Below the pieces are notes generated by a model. The model made no database searches, was not told the DNA's origin, and saw only the letters and a program-made list of their open reading frames with translations. Both the position numbers and the translations under genes were made by a program. DNA of 36,228 nt from a virus (Duplodnaviria; Caudoviricetes). Of the stretch, positions 15,674 to 23,791 are shown piece by piece. Each line of letters opens with the position of its first letter. The stretch's first letter is position 1. The DNA lies in IMG/VR virus record IMGVR_UViG_3300022670_000109, positions 1-36,228 of that record. One strand, 5' to 3'.

Positions 15674-15882
15674 AGAAGGATTGGACGCGATAAGCCAGCA
15701 AGAAGGTATTATCGAAAACTCGACGAAAGCGTACCGTGTTATTCTATCACAATTGATAGCGGGGCAGATGAAGGAAACATCTTAATAAATATCAGTCGGG
15801 CTATAGAGTTCTAAATATAATTACTTGCATATATAAGATACAATGGGATTGTAGTACCTACGGGGCTTTAAACAATCCTTCT
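15674..15882. ncRNA. Candidate structured non-coding RNA or origin element
   Basis: 10-bp closing stem AGAAGGATTG/CAATCCTTCT enclosing several hairpins; no long ORF. Confidence 0.5.
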
Positions 15883-15908
15883 TGATACACTTATGATTAA
15901 AGGAGAGA

Positions 15909-16166
15909 ATGATGAAAGAAGAATTAAAGATTGGTGATAGAATTAGACTTGAATTTCAGTATGGCGAGCTTAGAGATTTCACGATTGAAGAATTTAGACA
16001 GTGTTTAGGCATTTTCATTAGTGAGGCTCACAGGGAAGCGGGGGAATTTAAACCTCTTTGTGGCCTTTACGAAAGTTCGGCACAATCTGAAAGCCATTAT
16101 ATAGGAAATTATGGTTCATATTTTACACACATGGTTCCGTCTTGGATGAATATTCCTAAGACCTAA
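15909..16166 (+). CDS. Hypothetical protein
   Basis: AAGGAG RBS. Confidence 0.7.
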   Translation: MMKEELKIGDRIRLEFQYGELRDFTIEEFRQCLGIFISEAHREAGEFKPLCGLYESSAQSESHYIGNYGSYFTHMVPSWMNIPKT

Positions 16167-16192
16167 CCACACCAACACAAGAGGAGAAGAGA

Positions 16193-16399
16193 ATGACGTC
16201 ATCATTTGAAAGAGGCAGGGAGGCTGTTAAAGAAGAAGTCGCTAGCGGTCATATTTATGACGTAGCGGCAGCGTTTGAAAGTTTTAAGGGGGATAGGCCA
16301 GATAGCGAATGGATGTGGGGCTACTTCTCTGCATTGCATGATATTATTTTTGACGGTGAAGTTACCGATTATGAAAAACTTAGCTTTGATAAGGATTAG
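16193..16399 (+). CDS. Hypothetical protein
   Basis: GAGGAG RBS. Confidence 0.7.
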   Translation: MTSSFERGREAVKEEVASGHIYDVAAAFESFKGDRPDSEWMWGYFSALHDIIFDGEVTDYEKLSFDKD

Positions 16400-16401
16400 G
16401 A

Positions 16402-16548
16402 ATGACCATACCAACAAAAGAACAGGTAGGCGGCTTTGTGAAATTTAAAGAACTGCGAAAGCAATGGCTAAAAAACTTAGAGGCCCGCATGCGTGAAAAC
16501 TTACATGATGAATATGTGGAGGCACTCAGTGGCAAAAGGAAGCACTAA
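16402..16548 (+). CDS. Hypothetical protein (48 aa)
   Basis: MTIPTKEQVGGFVKFKELRKQWLKN...KRKH*; AAGGA RBS. Confidence 0.55.
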   Translation: MTIPTKEQVGGFVKFKELRKQWLKNLEARMRENLHDEYVEALSGKRKH

Positions 16549-16903
16549 TGGAACAAGAATACAAACCGAATTTAAAACCGAAGAAGGCGACATCTATGGA
16601 AGAATGCCTGAAGCGTATAGATATTTCGCAATTGAAAAAGGGATTATCGAAATCCAAGACACATGGGAAGAGTTTATCGACCATTGGCTTAGTAACGGTG
16701 AGACAAAGAAAGACTGGCTCGCAACATGGAGAAATTGGGTACGCCGCTCTATCAAATGGGGAAACAATAGACCACGAAATACAAGTAGCGGTAACAGGTC
16801 TGCCGGAAATTCCACAATTGAAGGGGCGAGAATGGCTATTGATAGACACAAAAATTCAACGGGAAATATACGACAACCACACCCCTATAACATTAAGCAT
16901 TGA
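16529..16903 (+). CDS. Replication initiator C-terminal-like (DnaT/O-like) protein
   Basis: GTRI...WEEFIDHW...KKDWLATWRNWVRR motif; GGAGG-N6-GTG start. Confidence 0.65.
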   Translation: MAKGSTNGTRIQTEFKTEEGDIYGRMPEAYRYFAIEKGIIEIQDTWEEFIDHWLSNGETKKDWLATWRNWVRRSIKWGNNRPRNTSSGNRSAGNSTIEGARMAIDRHKNSTGNIRQPHPYNIKH

Positions 16904-17270
16904 GCAAGAGAAGTTGTGGATGCCTGTATTGATACAAATGCAAGCGGCAACTCAGACACCGCCTTACGAGCTTCTTATTACAAGGCTCACGAGGTTGAAA
17001 TCAATAAGGGGTACGCAAAACATGACCACCGAACAAGCTAGCGTATTTTTAGAAGATATTGCAGAAATGATAATAGAGGATGGGTTTTGTTATGAGGCGA
17101 TTGATTTGGGAATTAAGGCGTTGTTGAGGGGAGAGAAAAATAATTGGTTTCCCGACTATTCAACATTAATGGCGTATATTTACAAGATAGATTACCAAAT
17201 TAAACGGCGCAAAGCCAAGCTACACGAGATATTATCACGCCCACATAGAATAGAAGGGAATGCAAAATGA
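16548..17270 (+). CDS. Putative helicase loader (C-terminal half); true start uncertain
   Basis: Follows the initiator-like gene; AI..G...L......WFP...L pattern. Confidence 0.45.
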   Translation: MEQEYKPNLKPKKATSMEECLKRIDISQLKKGLSKSKTHGKSLSTIGLVTVRQRKTGSQHGEIGYAALSNGETIDHEIQVAVTGLPEIPQLKGREWLLIDTKIQREIYDNHTPITLSIEQEKLWMPVLIQMQAATQTPPYELLITRLTRLKSIRGTQNMTTEQASVFLEDIAEMIIEDGFCYEAIDLGIKALLRGEKNNWFPDYSTLMAYIYKIDYQIKRRKAKLHEILSRPHRIEGNAK

Positions 17271-17548
17271 CGCTATCGGAAAGGCTTAAATCTTTAAAAA
17301 CGAGCAGCTATCCTAAGATGTCTGAACAGAGTGGTGTATCTGAGTATAAAATAAGTCGGATTATGAATGGTAAGCCCACGAGTGACGAGTTACAATCATT
17401 GATAAATATCTGTGAACATTGTTTTGAAATGCATATAATCGAGGTATTGCAGCCAGTCATGACAATGGCACTTGCGAATGGTTGGGAAAAAACTGAAGAA
17501 GCGAATGGTGTGAAAGAAACTGTTATGGTGTTTAGGGTAAAAGTCTGA
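17267..17548 (+). CDS. XRE-like HTH protein
   Basis: SYPKMSEQSGVSEYKISRIMNGK. Confidence 0.65.
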   Translation: MTLSERLKSLKTSSYPKMSEQSGVSEYKISRIMNGKPTSDELQSLINICEHCFEMHIIEVLQPVMTMALANGWEKTEEANGVKETVMVFRVKV

Positions 17549-17595
17549 TATTTAATCGTATTTGCAATCATATCAAGATGTGGTAAGCTATGCGC

Positions 17596-18141
17596 ATGAC
17601 AAAACTACGCGACAGAATGATAAATGAAGTTATCCGAATTGAGGGAGGCTATAGCGACAACGCCGCAGATTCGGGTGGTGAAACCAACTACGGCATAACT
17701 CACAGAGTAGCGCGAGCTTATGGCTATTATGGCGAGATGATTGATTTACCGCGTCAACAGGCTTTTGATATTTATGTAGATAGATATTGGACTTCTGTAC
17801 ATGGCGATGAGATGGCAGAAATATCCGAGATGGTGACTGAAGAGGTTCTTGATACCAGTATAAACATGGGAGTTAGTCGCGCTGCAAAGTTTCTACAGCG
17901 GGCATTGAATGCATTAAACGATAGTGAGGACTTGTACACAGATTTAGTTGTAGATGGTAACATAGGATCGGCAACGGTTAACGGGCTTAAGTTGTTTATG
18001 CTTAACCGGAACGAAGACGAAGAGGTATTATCTAAAGTTCTTAATTGCTTGCAAGGGGCAAAGTATGTTTCTCTTGTGGAGGCTCGCGAAAAGGATGAAC
18101 AGTTCTTTTATGGGTGGGTTAAGAATAGAGTTAAATTATAA
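17596..18141 (+). CDS. Endolysin, glycoside hydrolase family 108 with peptidoglycan-binding domain
   Basis: EGGYSD...DSGGETNYGIT; LQRALN; VDG.IG..T; F.YGW..NRV. Confidence 0.92.
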   Translation: MTKLRDRMINEVIRIEGGYSDNAADSGGETNYGITHRVARAYGYYGEMIDLPRQQAFDIYVDRYWTSVHGDEMAEISEMVTEEVLDTSINMGVSRAAKFLQRALNALNDSEDLYTDLVVDGNIGSATVNGLKLFMLNRNEDEEVLSKVLNCLQGAKYVSLVEAREKDEQFFYGWVKNRVKL

Positions 18142-18151
18142 AGGATTTATT

Positions 18152-18235
18152 ATGATAGAATTAGCAATAGGAATATTCATAGGCGCATTTATCATGTTTG
18201 TAATTATGAAGATGTATGTAAAGAAAAATAAATAA
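18152..18235 (+). CDS. 27-aa single-TM peptide
   Basis: MIELAIGIFIGAFIMFVIMKMYVKKNK*; AAGGA RBS. Confidence 0.6.
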   Translation: MIELAIGIFIGAFIMFVIMKMYVKKNK

Positions 18236-18553
18236 ATGGCTTTTAAATTAAAAATCTACACGGATGACGGTGTACTCAAAGAACGGTTTGATTTAAGGCG
18301 TGATGCCCATGCTAAAGCAATTGAGATTATGGACGCGGGAGTTTACTTCAAAACAACTCGCCGTGGAAACGATGTTTTGCATGACGTTTATAAAACGACT
18401 GTCGCAAGTTCTCGCGGTAAAATGTTATACGTCAATACGGGCGTTAAAGGTAGTCCTGATGAATATAGATTTGACGGTGTGAAAGAAGAAGCCGCTCTAA
18501 AGGTTGTTGATGATAAAGTCATGATTGAAAAGAGGAGGGTATCATCGCAATAA
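18236..18553 (+). CDS. Hypothetical protein
   Basis: ORF abutting its neighbours. Confidence 0.65.
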   Translation: MAFKLKIYTDDGVLKERFDLRRDAHAKAIEIMDAGVYFKTTRRGNDVLHDVYKTTVASSRGKMLYVNTGVKGSPDEYRFDGVKEEAALKVVDDKVMIEKRRVSSQ

Positions 18554-19677
18554 ACGAGAGATTTTTTGATCCCGATTTAGCCACAGGTTCTAATAACGGT
18601 ACGAGCGAGGCGAACGCATGGCAAACATGGTCAGCTATGGAAAGTGGACGAGTAGTGGGGGAACGGGTGAACGCTAAAAACCCGTCAAGTGCATTTCAAC
18701 CAGGAGCTAATATAGCTTTTGCATTAAGCGCAACAAATTTACTCGTTTCCATCTTTAGAGGTTATGGCTCATCTATTGGTGATGGAACTAAGTTCGTATT
18801 TGATTTAGAAACTTCGAACAGACTTACAATATCAGGGGAAAGCAGCAAGTTTCAATGTGTAGATATTACGGGGTCAACGGTTAGCAACATGGTTGTTATT
18901 AATGGTGATGCAGCACAGATTGATGACTTTTCAATAGTTGGTACTGGTACTACTACCAATTCTCACACAGCTTTACAACTATTAGACGGTAATGCTTTTA
19001 ACGGCTATATAGAGAATAATTCTACTGCTGCGGGAACTTCGGGGATTTGTCTTACCATATCCAGGGCTACTGTCAGTAGGTGTGAGGTAGTCAGCACTAG
19101 GGTAGGGATACGGGCAGATATGAGTTCACGCCCTACTACTATTTCAGACACTTTAGTTTATGAGAAAGGCTCCTCGGCTGTAACTGGCATACTACTAAAT
19201 AACGGGAGTGGTCAAGTAGCGAGTACGTTCAATAATCTTACTGTAGATGGTTACACGACATCCATTGACTTAACTAGTACTCCTTTAATTACGGCTACTA
19301 CCCCTATAATTTTCTCTAATTTGATATTGTCTAACGCAACTCAAGGCATAGCGAGCACAGACGTTGCCTCTGCAACCATGCCAGTATATATGTCCACTAT
19401 AGCATTTTATAATATAAGTGGTGCAGATACGGAATTTGGCGATAATCCTGTAATTAATTCAATTGCTCTTACCGTTGAGCCTTACACGGATGCTGCAAGC
19501 AATGATTATTCATTGAACAATACTGCGGGGGGAGGTGCTGATTGTAGGGCCGCACAATTGTTCGCGGGTGGAAAAACTGCGAACTTTAGGGACATAGGCG
19601 CAATGCAACATGAAGATACGGGCGGCGGCGGTGGTGGAATTTCAACATTAATAGGCGAAGGCGGTTTAATAGGATGA
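18544..19677 (+). CDS. Beta-helix-like putative virion protein; probable ATC start
   Basis: In-frame upstream extension AINERFFDPDLATGSNNGTSEANAW; GGAGG 5 nt before ATC; C-terminal DIGAMQH..GGG. Confidence 0.65.
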   Translation: MAINERFFDPDLATGSNNGTSEANAWQTWSAMESGRVVGERVNAKNPSSAFQPGANIAFALSATNLLVSIFRGYGSSIGDGTKFVFDLETSNRLTISGESSKFQCVDITGSTVSNMVVINGDAAQIDDFSIVGTGTTTNSHTALQLLDGNAFNGYIENNSTAAGTSGICLTISRATVSRCEVVSTRVGIRADMSSRPTTISDTLVYEKGSSAVTGILLNNGSGQVASTFNNLTVDGYTTSIDLTSTPLITATTPIIFSNLILSNATQGIASTDVASATMPVYMSTIAFYNISGADTEFGDNPVINSIALTVEPYTDAASNDYSLNNTAGGGADCRAAQLFAGGKTANFRDIGAMQHEDTGGGGGGISTLIGEGGLIG

Positions 19678-21665
19678 GTTATCAAGGTGATTATGTTGAA
19701 GACTACGCAACATTTAATTTCAAATTTCAATCAAGAGCTACGACAGCTATTCCCACAATTTTAACGGGTTCGCCAGTTATTTCTGTTTATAAAGCTAATG
19801 GACTTACTCAATCCACGGCGGGTGTAACACTTACCACAGAATTTGACGGCATCGTGGGAAGTAACCATGTCTTGATAGATTTAAGTTCCGATGTTTTCTA
19901 TGCGGTTGGCAATGATTATCAGATTGTTATCACTGCGGGTACTGTTGGTGGTATATCTGTAGTGGGTGCTGTAGTGGCTACGTTCTCAATTGAAAATAGG
20001 TTTAATGAGGTTGATGTTACGGCGATTAGTGGAGATATAACGGCGGCTGATAATTTAGAGCTTATGTATGATGGAACGGGTTATATTGATGACACTGCAC
20101 CTTCTTCACGTTCTCAGGTTGCGAGCATAGCAGCCACAGGTGGCGGTGCTGTTAATTTTAATGCTAACGACGATAACACAGGCGGCGCGATTAAGGGTGT
20201 GAGCTTTGTTGGTGTGCAGACATTGACCTTTGCTGATACTAAGACGTTAAACGATGTATTCCATCTAATTGACGACACGACCAACGAGATTGATATTGTG
20301 TACCAATTAGACGTAACGGCGGTTAATGTATCTACTCAGGTTGTTTGGGATGGATTTTTAAACAGCAGCAATGACGTTCTTAATATTATGGCTTATGATT
20401 TTGATGGTGCAGCCTTTGAGCAAATAGGCACAATTGTAGGTCAAAACGGCTCATCTAATGCTCAACTACAAGTTCCTTTATTCCCAAGGCATACAGGCAC
20501 AAGCGGTGCTGATACAGGGTTAGTGTTTATTAGATTCCAAGGTACGGCGCAAAGTAATCCATCATTAAGCACAGACAGGCTTTTCGTTTCGGCTGTTTCA
20601 AACATTACAACACTAGGTTTTGAAGGCGGCGCGGTTTGGGTTGATACAAGTACATCAAACAGCGGAACGGCTGCGGGTATTGGTTTTGTGGATAAGGCTG
20701 TTAATAACATTGCTGACGCTAAGACTATTGCACAAGCGAACGGACTTAAAACAATTGACCTATTACCTGGATCAAGCGACACATTAGCGAGTGCATTTGA
20801 CCAATTTGAATTTAAAGGGCGCGGGTATTCACTTGATTTCGGTAGCCAGTCATGTGTTCAAGGTCGATTTAACAACGGTCTATTTACGGGTATTCTTTCG
20901 GGTGCTACGGGGCCACTTCTCAGAGAATGTCGTGTTACCAATGTAACCATCCCCCCAATCACTGCTTTACTTAACGGCGCAATGGGCGGCACTATCAATC
21001 TAAATGGTGCCGGTGTTTGGAATATATCTGGTAATGAACAGGCTTTCGAGGCTGCAACTATTATTAATTTCAGTAGTGCGGGTACTAAAACCTTACGCTT
21101 GTTTGATAACGAGGGTGAAATTGAAATTCAAAATATGGCGGCTAACGATATTATCATTATGACGGGTGATGGACAAATTACATTAAACGCCAATTGTACA
21201 GGCGGTACGCTTCGCGTTTATGGCGTTATTGAAAAAATAGACAACAGCGGCGGCGCAGTAACAATATTGGAAACAGCGCGAATTGATAACGATACAATAA
21301 ACGCAGAAGTTGACACGGCGATTTCCGACGCGGCATTAGCTACAGCGGCTAACCTTGCTACGGTAGATACGGTAGTTGACGCTATATTAGTTGATACAAA
21401 CGAATTGCAAGGTGATGACGTGCCAGGATTAATAGCTGCACTTAATGACATTACGGCTGCTGATGTACTAGCGGCTGGCGATATTGATGGGTTTAGTTTA
21501 GAGGAAGCGCAGAAAATAGAATTAGCGGCATTAGGTGGTACTTTGGCAGGGGCTGCGACATCGACCAATACAATTCAAGCGGCTGATGGTAGTAAGGCTA
21601 GAATTACGGCAACGGTGGACGCAGATGGTAACAGAACGGCCGTAACTCTGGATGGGTCAGGCTAA
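19674..21665 (+). CDS. Large putative fibre/decoration virion protein
   Basis: Thr/Gly/Ala/Asp-rich modular sequence; C-terminal RITATVDADGNRTAVTLD. Confidence 0.6.
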   Translation: MSYQGDYVEDYATFNFKFQSRATTAIPTILTGSPVISVYKANGLTQSTAGVTLTTEFDGIVGSNHVLIDLSSDVFYAVGNDYQIVITAGTVGGISVVGAVVATFSIENRFNEVDVTAISGDITAADNLELMYDGTGYIDDTAPSSRSQVASIAATGGGAVNFNANDDNTGGAIKGVSFVGVQTLTFADTKTLNDVFHLIDDTTNEIDIVYQLDVTAVNVSTQVVWDGFLNSSNDVLNIMAYDFDGAAFEQIGTIVGQNGSSNAQLQVPLFPRHTGTSGADTGLVFIRFQGTAQSNPSLSTDRLFVSAVSNITTLGFEGGAVWVDTSTSNSGTAAGIGFVDKAVNNIADAKTIAQANGLKTIDLLPGSSDTLASAFDQFEFKGRGYSLDFGSQSCVQGRFNNGLFTGILSGATGPLLRECRVTNVTIPPITALLNGAMGGTINLNGAGVWNISGNEQAFEAATIINFSSAGTKTLRLFDNEGEIEIQNMAANDIIIMTGDGQITLNANCTGGTLRVYGVIEKIDNSGGAVTILETARIDNDTINAEVDTAISDAALATAANLATVDTVVDAILVDTNELQGDDVPGLIAALNDITAADVLAAGDIDGFSLEEAQKIELAALGGTLAGAATSTNTIQAADGSKARITATVDADGNRTAVTLDGSG

Positions 21666-21865
21666 TGTGGGGTTCACGGTTTTTTACAGCCCGTTATTGG
21701 ACGGCGAGATTTTTTAGTGCAACGGGTGCCGAGTCTGTTATTATACCTACAAACGTGGTTGAGACTATCGGATTTTTCACGGCACCACAAACAACCGCAA
21801 TGGTTAAGGCTACGAGTATGACTGGATTAATGAAAGCACCTACAACAATTGGACAGATTAAATGA
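21665..21865 (+). CDS. Small hypothetical protein with aromatic repeat N-terminus
   Basis: SRFF/ARYW/ARFF repeats; TAATG coupling. Confidence 0.65.
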   Translation: MWGSRFFTARYWTARFFSATGAESVIIPTNVVETIGFFTAPQTTAMVKATSMTGLMKAPTTIGQIK

Positions 21866-22221
21866 CTGCAATTCCTGTAAACCCATATAGACGGTTTGAT
21901 ATAAACGAGGGTACGAGCGCAATTCTTGAGGTAACACACCTAGACAAAGACAAGGCGCTCGTAACACCCTCGGCGGTATCATACAGAATTGACGACTTGA
22001 CGAATGAAAGACAAGTGCTAGACTGGGTTGCAATATCAACGCCAGCCTCAACAAACACAATCACCGTAACAGCGGCACAGAACATGGTGAAAAACAGGAG
22101 CCAAGACCGCGAGCTAAGACAAGTAACAGTAAACGCCACAGATAGTAATGGTAACGTGGCGCAGGATATATTTCACTACACCCTGATAAGAATCTTCACT
22201 AATGAGGATCAAGAGATATGA
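21862..22221 (+). CDS. Putative Ig-like structural/adaptor protein
   Basis: Beta-rich; NEG.S...D.....VTPS.VSYRIDD. Confidence 0.55.
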   Translation: MTAIPVNPYRRFDINEGTSAILEVTHLDKDKALVTPSAVSYRIDDLTNERQVLDWVAISTPASTNTITVTAAQNMVKNRSQDRELRQVTVNATDSNGNVAQDIFHYTLIRIFTNEDQEI

Positions 22222-22231
22222 GGAAATTAAA

Positions 22232-22507
22232 ATGGCAGATGATGACACATTCACAGTAACGACCACATGGCAAGCCGTACAAGCAAACGGCGCAGATATA
22301 AGAACCGGCATATTTACTATATTTAACAAGAAGAGAATGAGAGTAGAGTTACTAAAGGCGAGTAGTTTACCTAATCCCGAAGACGATTGTTCACGGTTTA
22401 TGGACAAGCAAAAAGATGAACAAGAGTATGTAATTGCAAGCAACGAACGGCTTTACGCACGAACAAGGCACGGAACCGCAGAGATAGGCGTAACCGAGGC
22501 CGGATAA
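22232..22507 (+). CDS. Hypothetical protein
   Basis: GAGGA RBS before MADDD. Confidence 0.65.
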   Translation: MADDDTFTVTTTWQAVQANGADIRTGIFTIFNKKRMRVELLKASSLPNPEDDCSRFMDKQKDEQEYVIASNERLYARTRHGTAEIGVTEAG

Positions 22508-22521
22508 CAAAGGAGAAACCA

Positions 22522-22614
22522 ATGCCCTCAGATACCAAAGCAGAGCGAGCGAAACACAACAGAATTAAATCACGGTCAGCCGTAAGAACGGTAAGACGTA
22601 GAAAGGGTAAGTGA
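22522..22614 (+). CDS. 30-aa highly basic peptide
   Basis: MPSDTKAERAKHNRIKSRSAVRTVRRRKGK*; AAGGAG RBS. Confidence 0.6.
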   Translation: MPSDTKAERAKHNRIKSRSAVRTVRRRKGK

Positions 22615-22805
22615 TGATAGGGGCATTACTAGTACTTGGCACAATAGAAGATGGCCTAAACGAATACGCTCAGCACATAACAATGGGCATGACAAAGAAT
22701 AAGATGTTAGATCAGCAAAAGGTGGTCGACGCAATTGTCAGTGGTAAGTTATCTAGTTTCGATACGAAGACCAGAATATGTGAGGTTATTAATGGCAGCG
22801 CGTAA
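22611..22805 (+). CDS. Hypothetical protein
   Basis: Overlap-coupled ORF. Confidence 0.55.
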   Translation: MMIGALLVLGTIEDGLNEYAQHITMGMTKNKMLDQQKVVDAIVSGKLSSFDTKTRICEVINGSA

Positions 22806-23094
22806 AAGACGAGGCACAAAAGAGAACCCTTGGCCCGATGATGTAAGGGAAAAGATAAGGAGTAGTATGCTTGTAAATCGCCTTGTAAGCTATGCACTTA
22901 ACGAAGATGACCCACAAGGAAACGAGGTAAAGCTTGAGACAGGGCAGGTTAGAGCCATTGAAATACTACTGAAAAAGACTTTACCAGACTTACAAAGCAC
23001 GGAAATCAACGCTAACGTAAGCGCCACAGTAACCCTTGAAGGCAAGACAGAAGATGAATTACAAGCACGTATTGATGAACTAACGAAGGAATAG
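22792..23094 (+). CDS. Putative terminase small subunit
   Basis: REKI..S.LVNRL...QVRAIEILLKKTLPDLQS; position upstream of TerL. Confidence 0.65.
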   Translation: MAARKRRGTKENPWPDDVREKIRSSMLVNRLVSYALNEDDPQGNEVKLETGQVRAIEILLKKTLPDLQSTEINANVSATVTLEGKTEDELQARIDELTKE

Positions 23095-23123
23095 CGGGGT
23101 TTCTATTCTTGTTCCCCGTTTCT

Positions 23124-23154
23124 GGGCGTTATCTCTCACGGTAGCGCCCTTTTT
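23124..23154 (+). terminator. Intrinsic terminator
   Basis: GGGCGTTATC-loop-GGTAGCGCCC-TTTTT. Confidence 0.7.
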
Positions 23155-23179
23155 ATGTAGTAAATAGCCACCATAACAC

Positions 23180-23208
23180 TTGACATAGTAGTCTATACAC
23201 GACATACT
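23180..23208 (+). promoter_or_regulatory. Sigma70 promoter (likely leaderless transcript)
   Basis: TTGACA-N17-CATACT, with ATG 7 nt downstream. Confidence 0.6.
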
Positions 23209-23215
23209 CCCTAAT

Positions 23216-23377
23216 ATGAGCATTTCAAAAGATATTAAAGAGCTGGGATTGCCCGGTTCAAAGCACGTTTACGAAGAGGCTGAACTCACCAAGGATGTGT
23301 TTTATGGATGGGTTAGGCGATACCCTCGCGCTGTTATATTAATGGCAAAGGGTTTATTATATGAAAGGGATGAATGA
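23216..23377 (+). CDS. Small Cro-like HTH protein (53 aa)
   Basis: MSISKDIKELGLPGSKHVYEEAELTKDVFYGWVRRYP...*. Confidence 0.6.
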   Translation: MSISKDIKELGLPGSKHVYEEAELTKDVFYGWVRRYPRAVILMAKGLLYERDE

Positions 23378-23616
23378 TGAATAGATTTAGCATAACAGCC
23401 AGCGAGATGTATAGAGAACGGCAACGCAGAAGAAATCACTTAATGAGCGCAAGTGATGACCTTGTTAAACCTATACTAACAACAACACGGTCACTGTTAG
23501 CCCCTTTAATAGTTGATTTAAGCTGTAAGGCGCAATTTGAGAAGGACACACACAATCTTGCAGTATTCCGCGCTAACATGGAGTTGAAGGAACTGGAGAG
23601 GAGAGATGATAGATAA
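23374..23616 (+). CDS. Hypothetical protein
   Basis: ATGA-coupled ORF. Confidence 0.6.
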   Translation: MMNRFSITASEMYRERQRRRNHLMSASDDLVKPILTTTRSLLAPLIVDLSCKAQFEKDTHNLAVFRANMELKELERRDDR

Positions 23617-23791
23617 AGATGAGGCATTACTGTGGGGTCTTTTGAACAAAGTACAGCTTTTTGAGGCAGAGAATGTTCAAAGACTGCACGGGGTTTGGTA
23701 TGAGTTTCCTGTTGGTATAGGCGCTGACCATACGGCATATATTACTATGGCGAAAGAGGATTACGACGAGTTGGTTAAAAGGAATAAATGA
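23606..23791 (+). CDS. Hypothetical protein
   Basis: GAGGAG RBS; ATGA overlap with TerL. Confidence 0.65.
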   Translation: MIDKDEALLWGLLNKVQLFEAENVQRLHGVWYEFPVGIGADHTAYITMAKEDYDELVKRNK

